DNA of 56,551 nt, the filler included, from Stramenopiles sp. TOSAG23-3 (lineage: Eukaryota), in NCBI GenBank assembly GCA_900128585.1. It is 4 parts of 4 records of this genome, joined end to end, with 100 filler letters (N's around TTAATTAATTAA, not from the genome) between each part and the next. Parts side by side here need not be neighbours in the genome. Positions count along the whole stretch, not along the records: positions 26,222 to 52,230 come from LT642279.1; 3 more parts are not named here. One strand, written 5' to 3'. Below, in pieces: positions 30,710 to 38,919 of the stretch; positions within the stretch are counted from its first letter, which is position 1, and each line of letters starts with the position of its first letter. The notes under the pieces are model-generated. The model did not search any database. It worked only from the letters and a program-made list of their open reading frames with translations, and had not been told where the DNA came from. The translations under genes were made by a program, and so were the position numbers.

Positions 30710-31189
30710 TCATAGGTCCCCGTTCCCCGTGACGTGCGATATGTTCATCAACTGGACCAGCTCGACCACCTTTGCTTTGACAACCTTTCGTTCCTCGGCC
30801 GAGTACACGGTTCTGACATCCTGCCCATGATTGTCTAGTAAGTCGTTGAATATTTCTACTTCGTTGCCAACCTTTGGCTCGCGCACGGCAGCGCGCTGGA
30901 CGCGGTCCACCACGTAGTGCTGGAGGTTCTTGTACAGGTACCCTATCTCCGGGTCCCGGTGCACGTTCCGTAGAAACGCGGCTAAATTGTTGCTATGGGG
31001 CGGAAGAATCGTAGGAACCCCTTCACCACCTCCCTCCGTACTACTAACCGAATCTGCACCATCGACAAACGTCGCCCCAAACCCACCAAGTCCCACACGG
31101 GATAGAGTCAGGACGGCAACCATTCCACAGAACACCCAAACCGCAAGCCTTTTCGAAAGTGTCGCAGTTGAAAAACGAACCGGTCTCAT
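30710..31189 (-). CDS. Hypothetical protein with an N-terminal signal anchor
   Basis: ATG-initiated ORF in coding-like composition; hydrophobic LAVWVFCGMVAVLTL; family not recognised. Confidence 0.65.
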   Translation of the reverse strand: MRPVRFSTATLSKRLAVWVFCGMVAVLTLSRVGLGGFGATFVDGADSVSSTEGGGEGVPTILPPHSNNLAAFLRNVHRDPEIGYLYKNLQHYVVDRVQRAAVREPKVGNEVEIFNDLLDNHGQDVRTVYSAEERKVVKAKVVELVQLMNISHVTGNGDL

Positions 31190-31465
31190 CCTCTCTGTAA
31201 AAAAACGACCTCTCTCTCTGTGTGTGTGTATATATAGATATATATGAAGATATATATGAAGTCTGTAAACGCAATATTGATTTGTGAATAATCATACATA
31301 TTTGTTTGTTTGTCTCTCTGTCCATTTATTTACCAATTAAAAAAAAGGGAAGGGAGGGGGACTAAAACAATGAAGGAATGGTGATTATATTTATTATTAT
31401 TATTATAAAAAAAAAAAGAAGAAGAAAAAAGAGAAGAGGAGTATTAATATTTATTATTATTAGTC

Positions 31466-31508
31466 GTCTTCTTCGTCTTCTTCTTCTTCTTCTTCTTCTT
31501 CTTCTTCT
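31466..31508. repeat. (CTT)n microsatellite
   Basis: Direct reading; divergent spacer. Confidence 0.9.
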
Positions 31509-32183
31509 CGTGGCTCGAGGAGGAGGTAGGAGGATGGCGGTGAACACACCTTTCGAATAGAATATATAGTTATAATATATATAATTATACGAATCCGAAT
31601 ACCTATCAAATAATAGTTTACCGGAGAAAGACGACGACTGACTTCTGGGGGAGATCTATCAATTACTGTAATAACATTATTATTGGAAATTTAATTATTT
31701 TTTTTTTATAACGGTTTTGAAAGTTGAATTTTTGAAGAAGAAGGAGGTGTTGTGTTCGATTTTTTTAATTTAAAAAAAAAATAATAATGTCACTGTAGTA
31801 TTAATACTGTACAGTAGTATAATACAAAAAAAAAAAAGCAGAAGAAAAATAAATAAATATATAGTAAGAAAACTAAACACAACAGACACGAAAGAAGAGA
31901 TTGGCTTTAAATCATCATCGTGTGCAAAGATAAGTCACAACATTTTAAAAGCTGGCATGATAATTTACTGCCGGTACACCATTGAAGCGTTCCCGCGATA
32001 CAGAAAAAAACGTGTGTCTACTTGTTGTGCGTGCAAAGAGTTCCTTTCACTTGAAGGGTAGTTTGCATTTGTTGTTTTGCTTTTGCCGTGCGTGTTGAAC
32101 CAGGGATACCTGCCCACTGCACTGCGACCAGCCGTCTATTACTGCATTGTCCACAGTAATCACCGCCCTGTCGTGTACTAACT

Positions 32184-32903
32184 ATGGCGGGGTCAAACGC
32201 CTACACGATGTCCATGCTTTCGGCAATGAACGAAAACCCAGACGAGAAAATACAAGAGTACGATATGAATCAAAACAGAAAGAAGAAAGTTCGCCCAAAG
32301 TTGTCGTTGACGGCGGATCCTTACTATGAAGCGGAAAAGGCAAAGTCCATGAACAAAAACAATACAACCAGTGCGTATGGCGCGTCTTCGCAAGGGAACA
32401 CGGGCTGGACCACTCATAGAACCACCGACGGCCGGACCTATTACGCCCATGAGGAGCTGGGAACGACCTGGGTCAAGCCGACAGATTTGTACGAGAAAAA
32501 TGCCCCAGGAAAGCGAAAAGGGAACGAGGTGCCGAATTTCATCATGTCGCCGAATTCGCGAAATAGAGGCCTACGACGGGTGGGGTCGTTCGGGATGGGA
32601 AAACCAATGCCGGCCTCCCGCGGAACCCCAATGCCACCGAACGACGGTACCTTTTTTGAGCACGTCGTTACGTTTTCGTGCGACTGGTTTGATTGGAGCA
32701 TACTATGCTCGTGTGCAGGAGTTTTTGTTGGGCTCATCTTCTTGCTCATTGCCCTGTCGACGTTGGACGCAAGGAGCTACTGGGACAGTCAGGTTTTTAT
32801 AATTGGGGTCGGCCTCTGTGGGGGCATATTGTCTGCGTGGTTTATTTGCTTGGGGATACCTTACATCGCGTACCATACGACCTTGGGCAGGAGCAGAAGT
32901 TAA
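32184..32903 (+). CDS. WW-domain protein with two C-terminal TM helices
   Basis: GWTTHRTTDGRTYYAHEELGTTWVKP; hydrophobic helices ILCSCAGVFVGLIFLLIAL and VFIIGVGLCGGILSAWFICLGI. Confidence 0.8.
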   Translation: MAGSNAYTMSMLSAMNENPDEKIQEYDMNQNRKKKVRPKLSLTADPYYEAEKAKSMNKNNTTSAYGASSQGNTGWTTHRTTDGRTYYAHEELGTTWVKPTDLYEKNAPGKRKGNEVPNFIMSPNSRNRGLRRVGSFGMGKPMPASRGTPMPPNDGTFFEHVVTFSCDWFDWSILCSCAGVFVGLIFLLIALSTLDARSYWDSQVFIIGVGLCGGILSAWFICLGIPYIAYHTTLGRSRS

Positions 32904-33164
32904 CCAGGCGTGATGCAAGAACTTCGTTATAAGTATTGAAGATATACCAATTGTAAACAATTTTGGTTTTATGTTAGTCGGAAGGGGATGGGGGAAAGCT
33001 AACACATGACGATTTCAAACGAACACGGTATAGATTTTAGATTTGGTGAGACCGTTTAAATTAAAGATAACCACAGAGCATAAGCATTATGCGCGTGTGA
33101 TAGGTAGTTTAAAAAAATGCACTTATCGCACGGAGTGTGATCACATCCCCTTCTTCGGAGAGGT

Positions 33165-33698
33165 TTAACCACTGAACCAACTGTACCACCGGTGGTAAAA
33201 AGTATTGTTGTTCCTCGCGACTATGCCCGCATCCCGCTCCGCTTTCACAGACTCGTCGATTCGTGCCAATATTTTATCCAGGCGCTCCTCGAGGCACAAA
33301 AGGCGCTTCTCCTGCAGCTGGAAGCGATCTTCAATTTCAGCCTGGGCCTGGGCCTTTTCCTCCGCCAACTGTTTCCGGGCCACCATTTTTTTATAATCGT
33401 CAGCTTTCCCCCTCCTCCAGTACTCGACACCGAGGAGGCTGCAACTTATGGAAAGGATAATTCCTTCCGATATGAACTCTGCCCCATCGCTCTTTGCCTG
33501 CTTTTCGCTCAACTCCTTCACTTTCTTTATTTTATGCCCGAGCCCCATCACGTTAACCCTGTGCGACATCCTGTTCATAAACCTACCAACCCATATTGAC
33601 GCCTTCGTTACCGTAGGGTCTTCCGATACTTTCACTCGCTTTGCAAACGGTTTTGTCACCGCCTTGACGACGAGGATGAACACTTTCACGGCTGCCAT
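33165..33698 (-). CDS. OPA3: OPA3-like mitochondrial protein
   Basis: KVFILVVKAVTKPFAKRVK...KVKELSEKQAKSDGAEFISEGII...EYWR plus coiled coil; probable ATG at 33698. Confidence 0.88.
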   Translation of the reverse strand: MAAVKVFILVVKAVTKPFAKRVKVSEDPTVTKASIWVGRFMNRMSHRVNVMGLGHKIKKVKELSEKQAKSDGAEFISEGIILSISCSLLGVEYWRRGKADDYKKMVARKQLAEEKAQAQAEIEDRFQLQEKRLLCLEERLDKILARIDESVKAERDAGIVARNNNTFYHRWYSWFSG

Positions 33699-34119
33699 CA
33701 GAAGAAGGCAGAGAGAAGGAAGAGAAAAAATACCTCGGGAAAATCCCGCCAAAAATTCCCCAAATACACAAACGTATCGAAGCTGCCGGGATAAATAGCC
33801 CAGCATATGTAAGGTAATCACTCTGTCATAAAAAAGTATGCAGACCACACTTTGCAATTATTGTTTCAATTTATTCCTACTACATACAATCTGTAAATCC
33901 AAGTACGTACCGGTTTATTAATAAAAAAATAATAATAAAAAAAAAAAAAAGAAGAATAATATTAAAATTAATAATAATAATAACAGCAGCCAACAACAAT
34001 TTTCTTGTTTTTATTATATTATAATAATTAAAGAGAAGAAGTAGAAGAAGAAAAAAAATAAAAAAAAAATAATAATAAAAATAATAATGTGAAGGACACA
34101 TCTTCATCATCCCCGCCCA

Positions 34120-34199
34120 TCATCTTCTTCTTCTTTTTTTCTTTTTTCTTCTTCTTTTTCTTCTTTCTTCTTCTTCTTCTTCTTCTTCTTCTTCTTCTT

Positions 34200-34228
<29 letters not shown>
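34120..34228. repeat. (TTC)n microsatellite
   Basis: Direct reading; divergent spacer. Confidence 0.95.
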
Positions 34229-34230
<2 letters not shown>

Positions 34231-34466
34231 TTAATAAAAAATATAATAATAAAATATTCTTATTATAATACGGTAAAATATTATTATTATACTATAAAAT
34301 AGTACACACATCATCATCACATTGGTAAAACTCTGCTGGGTCAAAAAACAAACTTCGAATACGCTTTGTATTCAGACACCACTGAAACAATTTATCAATG
34401 CCGACAAATTCCATGAATGTGCGTCACGGATGTCTTCTTAGTAACTCAATTCGCTGCTGCTCTGCC

Positions 34467-35603
34467 ATGTTTCGAGTTTTTGTTTTGTTTTTTTTCGCGG
34501 CGTCTGCAGCCAATGCGCTGGACGGTGGGTTTGCCCCGCCCCCCCCTTGCAAGGTCTGTGATTGGACGGACGCACGGACCCTTGACGTACAGGGCAGGGC
34601 AGAATTTCCCAGTTTTGGCCAAAGAGACAAGTATTTCGACCGTCTTCCCGGCGATGCTCAGGGGAAAGTGAGAGATGAGGTATGGTCATTAAGTCGTATG
34701 AGCGCAGGAATGTACATTGACTTTTCGACCAGCTCGTCCCAGCTGTACCTAAACATTACCTACACCACGGAAACAATGAGCATGTGGCATTTTCCGGCAA
34801 CTGGGTGCTCGGGCATGGATCTTTACGCGTGGGATAGCAGGAATGGGACATGGAGATGGACGTCTGTGACAAAGATCATGCAGTACCCCACCTCCGTAAA
34901 CAAAATGACGACCCTCCCCAGCCGCGACTCGCCCACCCATTACCGGCTTCACTTGCCAACGTACAACGGAGTCCGCACGTTGTTGATAGGCCACGATGAA
35001 AAGCACCCTGTTGTGGCATCTGCGCCAAATTCTGCGAGCACCAAGAAACCGATCGTTTGGTACGGGACCAGCATACTCCAAGGAGCAGTGGCCTCTCGGC
35101 CCGGAATGATATTTACTTCCTGGATTTCGAGAAACATCCAACGAGAAATCTTCAACTTTGGGTTTTCGGGGAACGGCCTAATGGAATTGAATGTCTCGCA
35201 GTTCCTGACTGACATCGATGCTGCCCTATTTATCATCGATTGCCTGCCTAACATGACCCCAGACCTTGTCAAAGCAAACACCATCCCAATTGTTGAATAT
35301 TTGCGGCAAAAGCACCCCACGACCCCGATTCTGCTTGTTTCGGGGACATGGTACGGCGACCACTGGTTTGATTCAAGCCCCAACGATGCCAAAACCCAAG
35401 CGCTGCAGACTGAGTACGACATATTGGTAGCCGCCGGCCGGGCGAAAAATGTTCATTTGTTTACCAACCTGATGGATCAACTGTTTGGAGGCGAGGAACT
35501 TATCAATCCTACTGTTGGGGGAACGCACCCCTCCGATTTAGGTCACTCGTACATGACAAAATTTTATTCAAAGTACTTGCCTACTCTGTTGGGGGGTGAC
35601 TAA
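34467..35603 (+). CDS. Secreted SGNH/GDSL hydrolase with N-terminal GxDLY domain
   Basis: Signal peptide MFRVFVLFFFAASAANA; RLP...VW.LS..SAG, SGMDLY, LPTYNGV, PIVWYGTSILQGAVASRPGM, NFGFSGNG, DCLPN, THPSDLG. Confidence 0.9.
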   Translation: MFRVFVLFFFAASAANALDGGFAPPPPCKVCDWTDARTLDVQGRAEFPSFGQRDKYFDRLPGDAQGKVRDEVWSLSRMSAGMYIDFSTSSSQLYLNITYTTETMSMWHFPATGCSGMDLYAWDSRNGTWRWTSVTKIMQYPTSVNKMTTLPSRDSPTHYRLHLPTYNGVRTLLIGHDEKHPVVASAPNSASTKKPIVWYGTSILQGAVASRPGMIFTSWISRNIQREIFNFGFSGNGLMELNVSQFLTDIDAALFIIDCLPNMTPDLVKANTIPIVEYLRQKHPTTPILLVSGTWYGDHWFDSSPNDAKTQALQTEYDILVAAGRAKNVHLFTNLMDQLFGGEELINPTVGGTHPSDLGHSYMTKFYSKYLPTLLGGD

Positions 35604-35703
35604 CGGGCGTGAACGGGGGCCGTGGCTTTTTATTGACTAACGAAGAGAAGGTTGTGTGCGTCTGCTTAAAACTTATCGGACATATCATAAACGTACCGTA
35701 TCA

Positions 35704-35727
35704 TAAAAAACAAGAAAATTGGCTGTT
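35704..35727 (+). repeat. Dispersed motif copy 4
   Basis: taaaaaacaagaaaattggctgtt, 100 nt after the SGNH stop. Confidence 0.85.
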
Positions 35728-36154
35728 CTCATACGATATACCGCCATTAAAAAAACAAAATTATATACCCCGCCATTAATATATTTTGTTTTTAATTAAA
35801 TGCATAATTACAAAGTACGTACGAATTAATTATTTATCAACTTTTTCTTCATAGCCTAGAATTACCACACCTTCTAATTCTTTAATTCGTAAATATAACC
35901 CAGGTCAGTTTGACTTTTTTGTTTATGCACATATAAAATATCATAATTTCAACCACGAGCATTTCTTTCAAAAAAATCAAAATGTGTGCGTTAATTTTAG
36001 TAATTAAAAATTGATCTTCCTCGTGTACCGCGAAAATGAATACTTAGTAGTACTTTGTACTTATTACCCACGCAAATTGTTTGTGCCCCAATCTTTTGTA
36101 ACCCTCTCTGGCACCCTGTTCCAGCTCCCCCCCTCCCTCTCTCTGCTACGGTAC

Positions 36155-37345
36155 TTACTCTTGAACCACTCCGCTCATCCCAGTAGCCTCCTGCTGAAAC
36201 TGGTCAATGCACTCCATCATCGACGCGTACTTCTCTTCGCAGGGGTCGCTCCCAAACGCATTCGCGACCTTGGGGCATATGGCTTTTCCAATACACAAAT
36301 CTAGCGCCAGCTGGGCACGTTCGCACTCTTCTTCTGACGTGCACGACATACTCCGTTCTGCAGCTTTTTCGCAAGACTTCATGATCGTCTGCACTGTATT
36401 GTAAACTTTGTCGGAAGCAATTTTTGTGGTCACTTTCTCGACGGGAGCCTCTTGGTTGAACTTGGACTCCGAGTCCCACCCTAAACGTTTAAAAACGGGC
36501 ATTCGCACGCGATCAAAAATGCTGCCGATGCTGTCCATGGCAGGCCTGGTGACCATCGTTATGGACTTAATGTCCGTGGAGGATCGCAGGTGGGGAACCT
36601 TCTCCTCCTCCTTGTTCTCCTCGTCGTGGTAATAGTCGATGATGTACCGGACCTGCGTCCCGCACCGGTCGATCGTCCAGTCATGGCGATCGAACGGCTC
36701 CTCCCCCGTCACCATGCGCCTCATCTTGGCCTTGGGGCTCAGCTCGTCCGGTCGCCCGATGAATTTCAACAGTTTGGGAGTTTTGCACTCGTCGCAGTGA
36801 AAGGTTTTTTCCCAATCCATGACTTGCTTCCACGTCCTCTCGTTCATGTTGTTGTGGATGGCTACCACGGTCTCGACGTCGTTCTCGTCGACGTTGTCGC
36901 CTTTTCCTTTCCTGTTCAGCGCGTTGAAAAACATTTGAGGCGACGGGTAAGTCCACGTCTCTTCTTCCGTTCCGCCTTTCGGGATTGACGATTTGACCCG
37001 AGCGGTGTCGATCGGGCGGCTTTGCCCGGGCCGAGGCAACTGGTTTGGATTCTGGGGCATTTGGTTGGACGGGTCAATGGGCTGGCTGTACACGTTATAT
37101 TTCGTCCCAGCGGCGCCTTTTTTCCGCATAACAGGGCACTTCGATTCTTCCGCTTTCGGTGAATTCTCGGTCGCCCCATCGCTACCTTCCTTCTCCGTTA
37201 TCGGCTCTTCCTCTGCCGCGGCTTTTTTCTTCTTTATAACAGGGCAGAACCTTTCCAGGCCAGCGTACGAGGATTTATTCTCCCCCTCGCTGTACTGTTT
37301 GTACGCATACGCTTCGGAGCGCGGAAGCAACGGTGAATTTCCCAT
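36155..37345 (-). CDS. HCCS: Holocytochrome c synthase (cytochrome c/c1 heme lyase) with Cys-rich C-terminal extension
   Basis: Two CPV heme-regulatory motifs; R..SSIP, W.YPSPQMFFNAL.RKG, HN.MNE..W, F.GRP..LSPKA, PFDRHDW.IDR.G..VRYIIDYY, RPA; probable ATG at 37345. Confidence 0.95.
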   Translation of the reverse strand: MGNSPLLPRSEAYAYKQYSEGENKSSYAGLERFCPVIKKKKAAAEEEPITEKEGSDGATENSPKAEESKCPVMRKKGAAGTKYNVYSQPIDPSNQMPQNPNQLPRPGQSRPIDTARVKSSIPKGGTEEETWTYPSPQMFFNALNRKGKGDNVDENDVETVVAIHNNMNERTWKQVMDWEKTFHCDECKTPKLLKFIGRPDELSPKAKMRRMVTGEEPFDRHDWTIDRCGTQVRYIIDYYHDEENKEEEKVPHLRSSTDIKSITMVTRPAMDSIGSIFDRVRMPVFKRLGWDSESKFNQEAPVEKVTTKIASDKVYNTVQTIMKSCEKAAERSMSCTSEEECERAQLALDLCIGKAICPKVANAFGSDPCEEKYASMMECIDQFQQEATGMSGVVQE

Positions 37346-37626
37346 AGCAGCTAAAGCGGTTTGACGAGGTGGTGCAAACAACCGAGAATCGATCTCGTTA
37401 CGTGCAAAGTATAAAATCAATATCACCCAATGGCGTTCGGACACGTTCAATTCCTATGGTAAAGGAAACTCGATTGATTCATAATCCTTTTGTTAGCCTT
37501 TTAAATTTTCCATAACTCTTCAAGTATCAATTATATAGTATTACAAAAAGAGGAGTTGTATAAGTTATAAATATATTGGTGGTGACATCATCATTGGTTG
37601 TAAATAATTATTTTGTGGATGCGCGA

Positions 37627-37860
37627 TCTTCTTCTTTTTTCTTCTTTCTTCTTCTTTCTTTCTTCTTCTTTCTTTCTTCTTCTTTCTTCTTTCTTCTTCT
37701 TTTATTTCTTCTTCTTATTTTCTTCTTCTTTTATTTCTTCTTCTTCTTCTTCTTCTTCTTCTTCTTCTTCTTTTCTTCTTCTTCTTCTTCTTCTTCTTCT
37801 TCTTCTTCTTCATCTTCATCATCTTCTTCTTCTTCTTCTTCTTCTTCTTCTTCTTCTTCT
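37627..37860. repeat. Long (TTC)n microsatellite
   Basis: Direct reading; HCCS/TIM21-like divergent spacer. Confidence 0.95.
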
Positions 37861-38284
37861 TTATATTAATTATTTCATTTCTTCTTCTTTGTTCTTCCTT
37901 ATTATTTTTGCTGTCATCCTTCTTCTTTTTTCCCAATTTTATTTTTTTTTCCATAAAGATTTTGAGAGAAGAAGAAGAGTATAATTTTTTACTTTCTCGC
38001 TATTATAATATACTAAAATAACTACGTTTGTTTGTACTCTTCAAACTATTTTTTAAAAATATTTCAATTCGAATAATAATAATTGTTATTTTTTTTTTTC
38101 GCCGATGACGAAGCGGCGAGTCCTCCATTTTTTTTACACAGTTAATTGCATTATATATCTTTAATCTATGTTGAATGTTAAAGAAGAAATCACTTCAAAT
38201 GTAACGTAAACCTTTTTATTTGTATGGAACGTCGTTGTATGGAACCTCGTGCGTGCACATTTCATTACAACAAGAACGAAAACA

Positions 38285-38860
38285 ATGAGGAGGAGTGTGC
38301 ATTTGTGGGGCCAACGACTTCGCGCCATGAGCACGCAGGCGGGAGTTGCTGCACCGAAGACTCCGCCAGTGCCTTTGTACATAAAATTTCTTGGGGTATC
38401 CGTGTTTGGTGGGTTGGGGTACGGCTTTGCCAACTTTCTGTTTGAATTTCCGCCTGCTATTGAAAAAGGCCTGGCCGAGGCGCAAAAAAATAGCGAACTT
38501 CGGGCCAGCTTGGGAGGGAACGTTACCTCGCCGTTCTACCGCAGAATCTTTTGGGGAGGGTCTATCAAGCAGGACGGTCGTATTTCGTTTCACCTTCCAG
38601 TAGAAGGCCCATCTGGACAAGCGCGGCTTCACGGAAAGGGTTTGCAGGACACGTACGGAGACGGGTCGATTTGGTTTTACTCCCTGTATGCCGAGCTGGA
38701 AGATGACGTAGTGTTAAATCTTATCGACGAGGACGATGGTCCAGATCCAACGTTGAGCGCAGAAGATACGAAGCGGGCAGTGGATCAGTCGCGGCAAGAA
38801 AGCTATTCATCCAATGCATGCGTTGGCAAGACAGAGTCCGAGAAAGTAAGTTCTATTTAA
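38285..38860 (+). CDS. Mitochondrial inner-membrane protein, TIM21/COA1-like
   Basis: Presequence MRRSVHLWGQRLRAMS, single TM, then AQKNSELRASLGG.V and ISFHLPVEGPSGQARLH. Confidence 0.7.
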   Translation: MRRSVHLWGQRLRAMSTQAGVAAPKTPPVPLYIKFLGVSVFGGLGYGFANFLFEFPPAIEKGLAEAQKNSELRASLGGNVTSPFYRRIFWGGSIKQDGRISFHLPVEGPSGQARLHGKGLQDTYGDGSIWFYSLYAELEDDVVLNLIDEDDGPDPTLSAEDTKRAVDQSRQESYSSNACVGKTESEKVSSI

Positions 38861-38919
38861 AGGCCCTGTCCCCTGTCGGTCAGCTGGCATACAAATAACA
38901 GAATAACTGTGCCACGGTT

